From Octopus sinensis (Eukaryota), in NCBI RefSeq assembly GCF_006345805.1, contig NC_042999.1, positions 70,060,001-70,124,000 of the forward strand: 64,000 nucleotides of DNA, given 5' to 3'. The translations under genes were made by a program, and so were the position numbers. The notes under the pieces are model-generated. The model did not search any database, was not told the origin of the DNA, and worked only from the letters and a program-made list of their open reading frames with translations. Positions within the stretch are counted from its first letter, which is position 1; each line of letters starts with the position of its first letter. This document shows, one piece after another, positions 48,143 through 63,119 of this stretch.

Positions 48143-48664
48143 CTTCCATTGAAATAGATTTATCATAGATTTATCAAATGCTACTTACCTCAAACCTTCT
48201 GACCATGGACATCAAAATATTTGAAGAAAACGAGCAAAGGCTAACCTACATAGACGTTTGAATTCGTAAACTTCCCTCCAAAATTTTGCCATGCGCACTA
48301 CAAAAATAGTTCCATGGGAGTAGGAACTATTGGGTTGTCGTAAGGAGTGAAAAATCCAATTAGTAATATAATAATAGGGTAAATAATTTCTATAAAGGTT
48401 TTTTAAAAAAACCACAATTATTTACTGGTAGAATTCGGTATGTAAATATAGCCGATTACCGGCAGGAACTTCTGTAAAGTTCAGTATATATATTGTATAT
48501 AAGAAAAAGGGACAGGCAACAGGTTGCTTGACCGCATACCGAAAAGTAGAAATAGTAGTCAAGAATGCTATTTCTATCAAAGTGGGACTCCGGGCACGAC
48601 AAGCCCTGTAATTCACATATGCAAAACAGAAGAATAGATATCGAAAACGAAGTCTGGTGGTTAT

Positions 48665-48774
48665 CTGTGAACATCATGTTTCGGTATAAACATATTGAAT
48701 ATATATTTCATATATATTTTTGATATATATTTCATATACATTGCATATATATTTCACATCCTTCTTCAGCACAG
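48665..48774 (-). ncRNA. Type I hammerhead ribozyme with a long AT-rich stem/loop II
   Basis: CTGTG-CTGAAGA-A-GG..CC-GAA-ACA tga TGT-T/CACAG. Stem I is 5/5 bp. Confidence 0.8.
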
Positions 48775-49449
48775 CTTTCCATTGAAATAGATTTATCATA
48801 GATTTATCAAATGCTACGTACCTCAACCTTCTGACCATGCGACATCAAAATATTTGAAGAAAACGAGCAAAGGCTAAACCTACATAGACGTTTGAATTCG
48901 TAAATCTCCCTCCAAAATTTTGCCATGCGCACTACAAAAATAGTTCCATGGGAGTAGGAACTATGGGTTGTCGTAAGGGGTGAAAAATCCAATTAGTAAT
49001 ATATAATAGGGGTAAATAATTTCTATAAGGTTTTTTAAAAAAACCACAATTATTTACTGGTGAATTCGGTATGTAAATATAGCCGATTACCGGCAGGAAC
49101 TTCTGTAAAGTTCAGTATATATATTGTATATAAGAAAAAGGACAGGCAACAGGTGCTTGACGCATACCGAAAAATAGAAATAGCAGTCAAGAATGCTTAT
49201 TTCTATCAAAGTGGGACTCCGGGCACGACAAACCCTGTAATTCACATATGCAAAACAGAAGGAATAGATATCGAAAACGAAGTCTGGTGGTTTTCGATAT
49301 CTATTCCTTCTGTTTTGCATATGTGAATTACAGGGTTTGTCGTGCCCGGAGTCCCACTTTGATAGAAATAAGCATTCTTGACTGCTATTTCTATTTTTTC
49401 GGTATGCGGTCAAGCAACCTGTGCCTGTCCCTTTTTCTTATATATATAT

Positions 49450-49499
<50 letters not shown>

Positions 49500-49582
49500 T
49501 TATCTAGAGAGCGGGATAGATATATAATGTGTGTGTGTGTGTGTGGTGTGTGTGTGTGTGTGTGTGTGCATATATGTATATA

Positions 49583-49801
49583 TACGAGGTGGTGATGACA
49601 AGTTCCTGGCGTTGAGGGTGTCGCGAAAGGTTTGGTTGGAGGCTCAACCTTGCAATTTCTTTTAGAGCTTAGGAAGACTGAATGACAGCTGCAATAAGTG
49701 TGTGAGTCTGAGAGGGGAATATATTGAATAAAATCATAATTATCTGAGCCTCCTACATTTTCTTTTACCCATAGCGAGGAACTTTGCATCACTCCTTCGT
49801 A
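49583..49801. mobile_element. Mariner-derived MITE
   Basis: Reverse-oriented copy of 19272-19491 with TACGAGG-type ends. Confidence 0.78.
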
Positions 49802-49933
49802 CGTACACACACACATGTACACACGTATGTATGTATGTATGTATGTATGTATGTATGTATGTATGTATGTATGTATGTATGTATGTATGTATGTACCAAA
49901 GTCCGAAGAAACCAAAAGTTTGCTCCCTGTTAC

Positions 49934-49987
49934 TTGTACAGTGGTCAGCGCATAAAAGTTTTTGGCATTCGCTTAGATTCTCATAAT
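49934..49987 (-). CDS. Candidate host-gene exon (54 or 63 bp, phase 1-1)
   Basis: tttag/ctacag|[17 protein letters not shown]|gtaaca. Cys-rich. Confidence 0.3.
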
Positions 49988-51069
49988 CTGTAGTAGCTAA
50001 ATGTGCAGATTTGCATGCAAAAAATAATGAACTCCTGTATTTCTGTTTTAGTCACATGATACAGCGTGCCGTCTGTTTTTCTTCTTGATTTTCTCAAATT
50101 TTCTCACTCTTTTCACCTAACTTCCATTATCAGCCCCTCTTCTTATTTTTACACCCACACAAATATCTAGATCCGTATTTATGCGTCGCTAAAGCGGTCC
50201 TATAAAATCGGCTTGAAGAGTTAAACATTTTTTTTTTAAACCTGTTAATTTATAGATTTCTATTCTAAAGCTCTGAACGTCTCTGCTATTTTTGAAAGTG
50301 TTTTAGTTCTCTCCTTTACTTTGTCTATGCGTTCATTGTGGGTGGTAATAAAAAAAAATTGAATCAAATAATAGGATACAGAAGGAACATTTAAAGATAT
50401 TATGACAATTTGGAAATAGATAGCAAATGAAAATAATACGTTTTTTGTTGTATCAAAACGTGTCAGTTTTAGACACAGCTTAACATGTCACACCTGACAG
50501 CTTAAAAATAAACGAAGATTTGTCCATCAATTCTGTGTGTATACATGTTATTATTCCAGATATATTATCGTTGTTTACCATTCCTTCGGTAATGAAGATA
50601 AATATTCTCTAGATCAGTGCCTCTTTCGCCGATTGGTATTTTACAGACATACCCCACCCTCTGTCGGTGTATGTCTGTTAAAAAAATGCAGATTATTTTA
50701 AAGAAACTGAAGCTAATTCTTATGTAGTGGTTCCGTATCCAATTTTTTTTAAATAGTAATACATCATGTGCTTCTTTTTTGACTTACGTGAACTAATGCA
50801 GCCACCCACCCACCAACACATACTTCTATGTTAAAATAGTTATAGAAATTACAAAAAAAAAAATTGGAATTGTTATCGTCACAGATGCATCACCAATCAT
50901 GATCACTGATCAAACAATGTCTATCCTATTATATTTTGAGCGCATCAGAGATTTTTTTGGAAAGCATATTTTTAAGGTGTTTAAAATACAAGTAATGCAC
51001 CTGGTTTAACTATTATATTTGAAAGAACAATCACCACTATAAGTTTAACTCTTCCTTTTCAAATTATTT

Positions 51070-51760
51070 CGCCCCCAATCGTGTGCTTATAGATGAGGTA
51101 CGTCCTGACTATCATACAATAAACTCAGGTGTCAATTTTAGCGTGCCTGAAGGTTTGTCTATGTTTCCAGCACAATTTCCTCTGTACACTAACGACCTTC
51201 TTGGCGAAACTTTTAACTACACGGTCTCCCTTCAGATAATATTACTCTTTAATTCTCCGTAAATTACTGCACACTGAATATAATCCATACTAAATCTAGA
51301 CTACTCTGACCAGATATGTATTGTTTCTACGAAAAGAGACATTGGCAACTGGTAATGTAACAGCCTACATATATACAGAGCAACCACCTACAACATCACA
51401 TGTTACCTACTTACAAACCATCCTCAATTAAAACCACTGATTCTCTGCAAAATCTAGGCCTTACAATTTCTCTTAGTGTCTCACATCGACCACGCATCTA
51501 TAATATTGCCAAGAATTCTTCTCAAACGTTTGCCTGTCTCTGTAGAGCATAAAACTATTCTATACAAAACACATGATTCGCATTAGAGTACTACTTACAT
51601 ATTTGAGACGATAATACTGTTACACATACAATCATTATAAACCACATGTCCCAAAATATTCTCTGGCTTACATACAAACCTCAGTTATCAACCAATAGTT
51701 CAACAACATGCAGACTAGTGCCTTTGCCTTTTCTACCGTAACTACATCGGTCTGTGTTCT
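51070..51760 (+). mobile_element. Highly degenerate LINE RT fragment
   Basis: TINSGV..VPEGLSMFPAQFPLYTNDLL; LGLTIS. Confidence 0.5.
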
Positions 51761-52382
51761 GATCTCGTAATCTATATATCTAAGTGCTAACGTTCAGTAT
51801 GTTTGTTTTGCTTTCCTTCTTTTTTATGTTTTATCTTGTTTTGCTTCATTTTTTTTTTTTTTTTTTTGCTTTTTTTGCTCCTAGGGGAATAAAAGACAGT
51901 CTCCATGATGCTAAATTCTTGTGATTGGTATATCAAGGAAGTTATTCTCACACAGGAAACTTGGCCTCGACGCTTGCTTCAGAGTAAACTCCGTTAAAGG
52001 TAGTCAAAGATCAAGTGATGGTGTTAAACTGAGTGACGGATTAAGTTTAAGAATCAAAAACGCAGAAGGCAAAGATCTGGAACAAATAGCAGATGATCTC
52101 TTGTCCGACGCTCTAATAATTCCACCAATCCACCATCTGTTACTTTATTTATCGACCACGAAAAGATGAAAGAAAAAATTGATCTTGACGCCGACGGTAT
52201 TTGAACACAGAGAACCAGAACAAACTCACCTTTTATTTCTCTGCCTGTCCTCCTGATTGCTAATCCCTTTCACCCTAGACTCTGTACTGGACACTGTTGC
52301 ACAATAATACCCCCACCTCCATATAACTGCAAACCTCAGGAATATTCTCCGTGCCAAAAGTTAGTCTCCAATTAAAGTAATG

Positions 52383-52575
52383 AACTGACAGAATCGTTAG
52401 CACACCGGGCAAAATGCTTAGCGGCATTTCGTTCGTTTTTACGTTCTGAGTTCAAATCCCACCGAGATCGACTTTGCCTTTCATTCCTTTCGGGGTCGAT
52501 AAAATAAGTACTTGTCGAGTACTGGGGTCAATGTAATCGACTTACTCTCTCTCCCCGAAATTGCTGGCCTTGTGC
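52383..52575 (+). mobile_element. SINE family A variant
   Basis: Head and core present. Similar copies at 58190-58390 (+), 55370-55525 (-) and 60175-60345 (-). Confidence 0.75.
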
Positions 52576-53639
52576 CAAAACTTGAAACTATTATTTACTT
52601 TCCAAACTTCAACCAAAATTTCAAGATCAATATCAAACACTTTTGATATCCGTAATGTGGGACAGCTTGCAAGAGAAATGAGTGCGGCTCCTCTTTTTCA
52701 GACTAAACAAAACAACGTATACACCCTCACCTTGGGATTCAAGTCTATTTCGGTGAATCAGAATAGAAAACACTCGATATTACTACTGTTTCTCGCACGC
52801 TTATTTTATTACATAGCTCAACATGCAAAGACATAGGTGAACTTTACCTTTCATCTTTCTAAGGTCGATAAAATAAGTACAAGTTGAGCCCTGGGGTCGA
52901 CGTAATTGATTTCCACATCCCCTTAAAAATTGATGGCCTTGTACCAAAATTTGAAACAATTGTGTTACTTAATCACGGAAGGCGATAGTACCTATATTCT
53001 TTGTAGGTCTTCCAAGAGTTATACGACTGATATAGTTGATGTTTAGTTTGAACGCCCCTAAGGTAACGACTGAAGGTAAAACATAGACGAACGGGATTTC
53101 AAAGTAGTTGTCTCACTAAGTAGGAATGATTAAACAGAGTATTTAGTTTGGGAAGTGGTAAACTAAGGCATAAGTACAGGACGACGAGCGAAAGAGAGAA
53201 CCTCTGCATTATCACTCGACTTGCAAGAAATATCAACCAAATCTTCTTTAAATAATGCCTTACCGTCACTTAGAATTATGTCATCCTGAATTCCCCGCAC
53301 AGAAAAAATACGAGGATGTCACAACTGGAATGTTCTTCGCTCAGCTCAACCAGAATTGACCAGCAACAACAACGTGAAGAAAGGAGTCGACTGCGTTGAT
53401 TGATCTAGTTGTAGCATTTTTTTTAGCTCTTGGTCAGTATTAATCAAGCAAATCTCAAATTCTTTAAAAACTAATGACACTCCTCACCACCTTCCCATAG
53501 AATTCTTTATTAATTATGGTGTGATAAGTTGAAAAGGTTTATAATCAATTTAATTTGGTTAAAAATGGTATTGGAGATAACTGTTCCATGAGAGTGAAGG
53601 AAGGGGGAGGCGCAAAAGAGGAAGAGAGCTAAAAATTGG

Positions 53640-53940
53640 TGGATGATTGTGCTGCAAGAATGGGTGGAGAATGAGGTGTTTACTGGTAGAAGTTGGTAGT
53701 CAAGTGTTCGCAGCTCGTACCCCCCGGGTAAGGCCTATTGAACCTTGAGCATTACAAGAATGAGAAGAAAAAGAGCCATCAAGAACAAGGTAGAGGCTGC
53801 TGCTGCTGAGAAAGAATTTAGGTGGCTCTGACTGAAAAAAGGTGGTTGGTAGAATCAATAGAATGCTACTTGGACTCGAGATTAGCTCTGATTTCAATCT
53901 AAGTCGGATCACCTGGATGTGGGTGAATGTTATTGGACCC
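53640..53940 (-). mobile_element. Possible degenerate LINE endonuclease fragment
   Basis: LVLDGSFSSHS resembles the GDFNAH motif; weak. Confidence 0.3.
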
Positions 53941-55106
53941 TAAACACTCAGAAACTTCAGAATAAAACATTGACGATGTATCCAGGCATTGCATCTCTAG
54001 ACGTATGCTGAACTGTCGATCTTCGACCAGTGATTCTATTAGGATTATTCAAAATAGCAACTCTTCCAGAGTAGAAGATGCTCCTCTTAACTATGATAAA
54101 CACCGGTTCAAAATGTTCTGTCTATAATCAGCCTTTCATTTCGTTAAGGCTCTTCCGTTCTTTTATTCGAAATTGCTAGCCTTTTGCAATATTATCATCA
54201 TCTTTTTTTTTTTTTCAGGCAGTTTTGCTATGCGGGTATTGTGACAATACCTCACGGAGGGACGACTGTGCCCAGCACAGTTACAGGCTGTCCTTTGGCA
54301 AGGCATAGCACTCGTTCAACCACCCTGCCAGGGATACGGTGAAGTCATGTGACTGTAACATGGCGTGTTGTAAAGAGATAGCAAACGGGCTCAAATGAAC
54401 CAACGATGCTTCTTACACTGATGCTGAACGGAGAACTCCTAGATCAACGACCAGGATCACCAGTTTTTATCAAAAGAGTAACTACAACGCATCCATAGGG
54501 TCGGTGTCCAAAGTTATGTAATCAGTTAATGGAAGATTCGCTATGATTCAAGATCCCAATTTAAATTCATAATGGAATTGGATGGCGACAGAGAGCTATG
54601 GGAATCCGCGAAAGCAGCGTATGATTATTATTCGGGAAGCATCATGTAATAAGCGCTCTGATTTTTAAGGGATTTGGCTGCTATTACTAGCAACTACGTA
54701 GAAGAGGCGCCCTTGTTAGATTATCGGATGACCTATGATAGAGATGATACAAACCTTGCCAATACAAAAGAACAGAAACTGGTTTTTAAGTACGTAATAA
54801 GATATAAATCTTATCATATGACGTTTACTGATGTATTTCAATGAATTTCAATGAATAAATCTCGTCATATCGCACATTTTGAGGAAACATTTACCAAGAG
54901 ATGTTAACATGCCGGAAATAAGAAATAAAACTTGTCTTAGTTTGTTCTTTTCAATTATTTTATCTATCTCATGAACAAAAATAGTAAATCAATCTAGATG
55001 GTTATCTTCGCAGAAGTGAGAATTCGTTTGTCTCTATATATATTGTATATGCGTATGTGTATAAATGTGGGCGTGTATATATTTATATATATATATACAT
55101 ACATAT

Positions 55107-55182
<76 letters not shown>

Positions 55183-55553
55183 CAAATATAAATGTGTGTA
55201 TATATATACACACATACATATTCATACAGATACCAAGGTCAACGATCTGTTTATCGTATTAATCTAATTTTGATACAACTCATTCTGCTGTTAGAATTAT
55301 GACTAATATTAATAATAATCCTTTCTACCGTAGGCACAAGTCCTGAAATATGTAGTGGTGGTGCGGGGGGGGGACTAATTGACTACATCGACTCCAGTGT
55401 TTCACTGGTACTTAATTTATCGACTCCAAAAGGATGGAAGGCAAATTCGGCCGCTGAGTAATTTGAACTCAGAACGTAAAAATGGGGGAAATGCCGCTAA
55501 GCATTTCGTCCTGCGTGCTAACGAGTCTGCCAGCTCACCGCCTTGATGATGAC

Positions 55554-55589
<36 letters not shown>

Positions 55590-55591
<2 letters not shown>

Positions 55592-57806
55592 CATTTATTT
55601 GCCACAAGGGCGAAGGATGGGGGGTCAATACAGAGATAGACATAAAGTGTGTGGTTTACATATAATGAAATGATAAAAGAATAGTAAGTATACACGGTGT
55701 GCACTGAAAAAGAAGGGACTTATGCATAGCGTAAAAAGGTTAAAAAAAATGGCAGGGATGATGATACAGATGTGGCCCTCCTGATACAAGAAGGCCCCCT
55801 AGGGATAAACGAGGAACCTCACTGTTCGAGATTTCCCTGAAACTCTAGGAGCAACTGCCCTCTCCAATTCCTTCTCTCCGACTCACAGGTCTACACTTAG
55901 AGAGGTACCATCCACTCTTGCTATTTCCGCAACTTTCACCCACCTTTCAATAAACTTACTCGAGGACAGCACTTCCCTCTCCACTCTCAGTTTCCTTTTC
56001 AAGTGAAACTTGAAGATGTCACTGAGAGCTCTACCAAAAAGGAATGTATTTGTCCTCATGCCTTTCAGCCTTGTCCACCAAACAACCTCTTCCGCGACGG
56101 CCACCAGGCAAGGGAAAACTGCCTTGTCTGTCCGATTGAAGGAGGGTGGTGGTGCAATCATCCCTGCAGACTCGGCCGACAGAGGGATCCGTCCCACACG
56201 TGAGAGCAGCTGCTCGACATAACCCCACAAGTCAGCAATGTCCGGACACTGAACGAGATCGTACAGAACGGTTTCGTTACTGTGCGCACCTCGGACAAGC
56301 CCGTCTGACAGCACATCCGTGCCTGAAGAGCTTGTCTCGAACCGGTAGCGCCCCCTGATAGCATTGCCAAGCCAAAGACATCTTGAAATTATCCATGATA
56401 GTTCCCGACCGGAAAGTCCTCCGGAACAGACTAGCCACTTCGTTTTCATCGGCGCTTATAGTTTCCCCGACACTAATTCTCTATAAATTTCTAAAACGGA
56501 ACGTCCACCGATCCCATTGTCTCACTGGTAAAGGGTTGTAAGCGCCTGACAACATTCAAGGTGCCCAGTCTCGGTCTTTTCTTTACCCAGGACTGCAGCT
56601 CCGTCAAAAAGACGATCTGCGGAAAGACGAGCTTCACAAACGAAGCCCACACATGCTCACCGTCCAGAAATTGTTGCAGGCGGCGTAATCTTAGCGCGTT
56701 TCTGCGCATTAGAAGCCACGGCAAACCTAATCCGCCACTCAGAGGATGCTGGCAACAGACTGACCGCCTGACCATTGGAACGCGTCCCTTTCACAAGAAT
56801 AAGAGACGCTCCAACCTGATCAAGCAGTAACCGGGACAAGGCACGACGGTCAGGCGATAAATGATAACGGAGGCATTCGCCACCTCTTCAGGTACAGCTT
56901 TATTTCAACTTGTCAAAGTTCTTACCAGCCTGGAGGTCGAAACCAAACCAGACCCCGAATACTTTAACTGGTTCGTCGGTCCAGCGTCCGACGACGCCAT
57001 CCGAAAGCTTCATTCTGCCTCTCCAGGAGCCCAACAGCAAACCAACCGATTTGTTGGCGTTGATATCAGCCCCTACAACCGATTCATATTCCTTTAGGAA
57101 GGTGCCGACCGTCTCAACTTTGGAGGTGTCCGACACCATGACGGTGACGTCCGCGTATGCTGACACTGCCCCTCCTTGTCCCAGTTCGAAAGGGATGCTC
57201 CTTAGTTGTTCCAACTTCTGAAACAGTGGCTCGTGTGCCAATACGCATAGAAGAAGCGACAGTGGACAGCCCTGACGGACCAAGCGTGCGATGCCAAACG
57301 GTTCTGATAGGTGGCCGTTTACTTTGACCACTGAACAAGTGCCGCTGTGCATTGCAGCGATCAAGCCTCTGAAAACGGATCCTAAACCGCCTACTTTCAG
57401 GACGGCTTCCCAGTAATGATGGTCGATCCTATCGAATGCTTTTCATTGATCCAAATGGATCAGAGCACCTCCGAAGTCAGCTGTGGTCCCAGCCCTCTCT
57501 ATGACGTATTGCATAAGGTGGGGGTTGTGGATAGACCTGCTCGGGATTACGTACATTTGCACTTCTCCGACCAGGCTACCGACGACAAGCGCCAACCTTT
57601 TCGCTAACACCTTGGCTAAAATCCTAAACTGTTTAGCAGAGTTATGAGTCGAAAATTCTCTAGTACATTGTCGGCGTCCTTCCTCAGCAGTGTCACCACA
57701 CCTCTGCTAACAGCACTAGGAATTCTCCCGTTCTGTTGCCAGTTGCAGTAGACGTCTGCCAAGAGATCGCCAAATAAATCTGTCATGAATACATAGATTT
57801 CGTAAC
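55590..57806 (-). mobile_element. Tx1/L1-clade LINE, 5'-truncated, frameshifted
   Basis: NFRLITLLN; LDQ*KAFDRIDH; VRQGCPLS; AYADV; GADINANKS; GGLGLP; zf-RVT-like C terminus; AATAAA then an (ATC)n tail. Confidence 0.9.
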
Positions 57807-58929
57807 ATTTTCTTTATTAACCACAAAACTCATTAAAAAGATCGAGTATGATACAGGATAGCATAGGAGAATGCAGTGTGGAATTGCATTAAACAGCGTG
57901 TAAACAAGACAAATAACAAAAATATAAAAATTCCCTAAAAGGACTACTCGTGGACACCCAACAAAACTTACCTTACCGGCTTATAAAAATTTCGTGGTGG
58001 TTAATGAAATCTTGGAAACATTTATTTCAAAAAAATGAAAAGAAAACCTCATCAAACTCGAAAGCTTTAGATTATGGAACTGATAGATAAAAGCTGATAT
58101 GAAAGTTAAACAAAAAGGACAAGGAATTAACTGATTAGTGATTAAGCACAATTCTCTGTTCTCTAATATGAGAGAGTAAAATTAAGGCTGCGAGCTGACA
58201 GAATCGTTACCGCACCGGGCAAAAGGCTTGGCGGCATTTCGTCCGTCTTTACGTCGTGTGATAAAATTCCGCCGAGGTTGACTTTGCCTTTCATCCCTTT
58301 CGGGGTCGATAAAATAAGTAGCACTAGGTCGATGTTATCGACTTACTCCCTCCCCCGAAACTGCTGGCCTCGTGCAAAAATTTGAAGCCGGTAAAGAGCA
58401 ACATACCTGCTGAATGGATTCGAACCACATATCTACCACTTATTAAGTATTCTATGTTACACGTTAGATTCCTCTACTTGACATCTAAACATTTATTTCA
58501 TTGTTTGAATTTCTTGCATTACTATCTACCAACGTAAACTGTCACTGCGTACCTCAATGTTACTACATTCCCATTATTACAATACAGAGGGTTTGTTATT
58601 CTCGGTTCTAAACTTAGCTACTACTAAGAAATACTTTTCTTGAAATGTAAATAAGCATTTTTTGTTTCTGAAGTAAATCACTTAAAGTATTTTAATTTAT
58701 TTATTTTGTTAGTTAAGTTGATAACCATTGGATTTGTGAACAATAATGCAGTAGGTTACTAAAGGGGCAATCACTATTTCATTTTCTTTACGATAGAGGG
58801 GTTAGCAAGTGAATGTGCGTGTGTTACACAGAGCTGAGCAAATATCTCAGGGAATTTGCGTTAAAAAAATTCGAGTTATCATTTATCTAAAGGATCTTTA
58901 CATAATCCTTTCTACTATAGGTAGAAGGC

Positions 58930-60093
<1,164 letters not shown>

Positions 60094-60840
60094 AGAAGAA
60101 GAAGAAGAAGAAGAAGAAGAAGAGGAGGAAGAAGAAGAAGAAAAAGAAGAAGAATCCTTTCTACAAAAGACACACGGCCTGAAATTTTGGCGGGAGGGTA
60201 CTAGTCAATTACATCGACCCCGGTGTTTCACTGGTACTTAATTTATCGATCCCGAAATGAGGAAAGACAAAGTCGACCTCGGCTGAATTTGAACCCAGAA
60301 TATAGCGACAGGCGAAATACCGCTAAGCATTTTGTCCAGCATGCTGAGTTGAAATCGTACTCTTCATCTTTTCGGATTAATAAAGTACCATCGCAGTGCC
60401 TAAGCTGCTTCTCTTCATATTCTTCACATGATTTCGTTTCACTTCCTCTTTTAATCAGAAAACGTCATGTCTAATTTTTAAAAATAATATTTAGGAAAGT
60501 TAGGTAAGCGTTACCTTTTGGAAAATATTAACATGATTTGTTAAATTCAGGTGAGTCAATTACATCAGCCTCATGGAAAGAAAAACTGTTTAAAAATAAA
60601 TAATATTGTACAAAAAGACTTTATAGTTTTTCTGATAGTTTTTCTTTTCTGGCTTATTTATTTTTTGTTTGTGGCGTTAAATTGCACCAGATGCGATTTA
60701 TATTCAAGAGCATATGTACTTTTCCCCTTTTTTATATGAATGATGGTGGAGTTAAATTAACATATCTATTTTGACAAGGATTATAGTCAAATACATGGGG
60801 TAATTAATATATTAAAAAAGACAGACAGATAGATAGATAG

Positions 60841-60900
<60 letters not shown>

Positions 60901-61272
60901 TTGATATGCTAGTGTAAAATATGTAGAGAGAAACATAAGAAAATATACTTATGTACTTTTGAACATCTTGTAAGAATCTCCTTTTAACAGTATCTCTAAT
61001 TACTACAGATAAAGTTCATACTGTAAGCGGCAGTTAATAGCAAATTAATCTTCAAACCATGTGCGATTAATTGTTACACAAAGGCCGAAGAAAATATATG
61101 TTCTTAGATGGCTTCGTAGGTAACGGGTTCGCTTCACAACTCCGTGGGTTTTTTGTTCGTTCCCTCTGCACTCTCGGCAAATATCTTCTGTAACATAGTT
61201 TCGAGTCGACCAAAGTAAATGAAATTTGATTGACAGAAACTAAATGGAAAGTTTTGAAGGGACCATTCTTAC

Positions 61273-61370
61273 TTGTAAATGGCCGATTAATCTATCACCA
61301 GGCTTCAACAACACCAACTCTACTTTCATGCTACCCATTCTGATGTAAGCATTCGGGCATGTTTCCCCGT
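61273..61370 (-). CDS. Candidate host-gene exon (98 bp, phase 1-0)
   Basis: ttatcttcag|GETCPNAYIRMGSMKVELVLLKPGDRLIGHLQ|gtaaga. Only this frame is open; loosely like the start of an SRCR domain. Confidence 0.4.
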
Positions 61371-61915
61371 CTGAAGATAACCCTTTACGTTCTTATCAAT
61401 CAAAGATACACTCACTGAGCGTTAAATAAAATAAAATAAAATAAAATACTACTGTCAGATTTACTATTTTGTTGGATCACTGAACTTTTCAGGGGTTGTT
61501 TCCTTCCGAATCCTTTTTAAGAAACATTAGTAATTCTACTTATTGATTATTTGGATTGGTAAAGTTAGTATTTAGATACAGCCTAACGAACTAGTTTACT
61601 ATCCAGGACGTCGATAAATATAGCACCAGTCAAGTATCGAAGTCTTTTAATCCTTCCATCAGAATGTGCGGCCTTATACCAGCATTATAAATCAGTTTTT
61701 ACCAGATTTTGACCCTCCGAGCATTTGAGTGAAATGCAATTTCCTCCAACGACTGAATCATTCGTTGACTGTCGAAAAATGCTGGAAGGTTGTTTTTCTT
61801 TTTCTTTCTAGCTAACACTTTTCTAAGGCAGCCATCACACGTCAGTTTATCGTCTGTGTAAATGACTCTTTACCAACTTTCTTGTAAAATCGATATTCGG
61901 ATCTGTTGCTTTATA

Positions 61916-62466
61916 CAGGGTAGACCAAAAGGATCTGACACATTTGGAGGCTTAATAAAAGCACAAAATAAGAAATAATGAAAAGAAAAATTTTATTTTT
62001 TGAATGTACATATAATGCCATTTTATTTCATTAAGTTTTAAAAATTAAATCAGCTAAATGCTTACCATCATTGTCAACACACTGTTGGAGACGTTCATGA
62101 AAGTTATCGATAACTCTAGGGATCATTTCTTCTGGAATGGTTGCTATTTCTATACAATTTGCACGTTTTAATTCATCAATAGATCGAGGGCGATGACGGA
62201 ATACTTTTGATTATAAATATCCCCACAAGAAGAAATCACATTTCACCATTCCAGAAGAAATGATCCCTAGAGTTATCGACAACTTTCATGAACGTCTCCA
62301 TGTGTTGACAATGATGGGAAGCATTTAGCTCATTTAATTTTAAAAACTTAATGAAATAAAATGGCATTATATGTACTTTCAGAAAATAAAATTTTTATTT
62401 TCATTATTTCTTACTTTGTGCATTTATTAAGCCTCCAAATGTGTCAGATCATTTTGGTCCATCCTG
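61916..62466. mobile_element. Fold-back MITE built from a mariner/Tc1-superfamily transposase 3' end, with TA target duplication
   Basis: About 235-bp inverted arms. The minus strand encodes CDFFLWGYL*SKVF...RVIDNFHERLQQCVDNDGKHLADLIFKT*. Confidence 0.85.
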
Positions 62467-63119
62467 TATTACACATTCCCTCGCATCATATCACAATTTG
62501 TTTGAAAGTGCAAGTAGATATGGTTGTAGAGTAGAGGTCTGCCATCAGAACATAAATGAAAAGTGTAACTAAATATCACAATGAATTTTGTCTGGTTCTC
62601 TTCAGATTCTGTTGCTTCACCGCCCCTTGAAAGGTAAATTGACCATGGTAGGATTTGAACTCAGAACAACAGTGAGGATATAACTAAATCTCACAGTGAG
62701 GTTTAGTCCGATTCTCTGACAATTCTACCACTCCACTACTCTAATTATTTCCATACTAGTTTTGTTTTTATTATCGATAAGGCTGCAGGACTTCATATTA
62801 TGTGAAGAAGATATGTTGACTACCTGGTATCTCTTGTAGCGATTTCCGAAGGATAACAGACATAATCGATCTCGGCGTTATTATAATTCAGAATATACAG
62901 AGGCGTAGCTATATAAAGCAAATAAATTTGCCAGACACTTTCACAGTTTGAACAATCCATCGCCCTTGCTTTCTTACATAAACACAGAACCAGGCATTTG
63001 GATGGGAAGGGTACAGTCAATTAAATAGATAATAACACTTTATTTTACAGACCCTCGGCATTATTTGAACTCAGAAAGCAACTAAATGCTGCAATACATT
63101 TTGCGTGATGTATTACCTA

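Larger units (their letters stand above)
47750..49444 (-). mobile_element. Hammerhead-containing tandem array (about 616-632-bp period, about 2.5 units) ending in a fold-back, element X3
   Basis: ccacaatta at 47796, 48412 and 49044. Arms 49127-49278 / 49290-49444. Flanked by (TA)n. Confidence 0.82.

Noticed and set aside
62826-62910. Candidate exon TPLYILNYNNAEIDYVCYPSEIATRDT
   Set aside because: It ends in phase 2, incompatible with the next candidate (phase 1), and no domain is recognisable.
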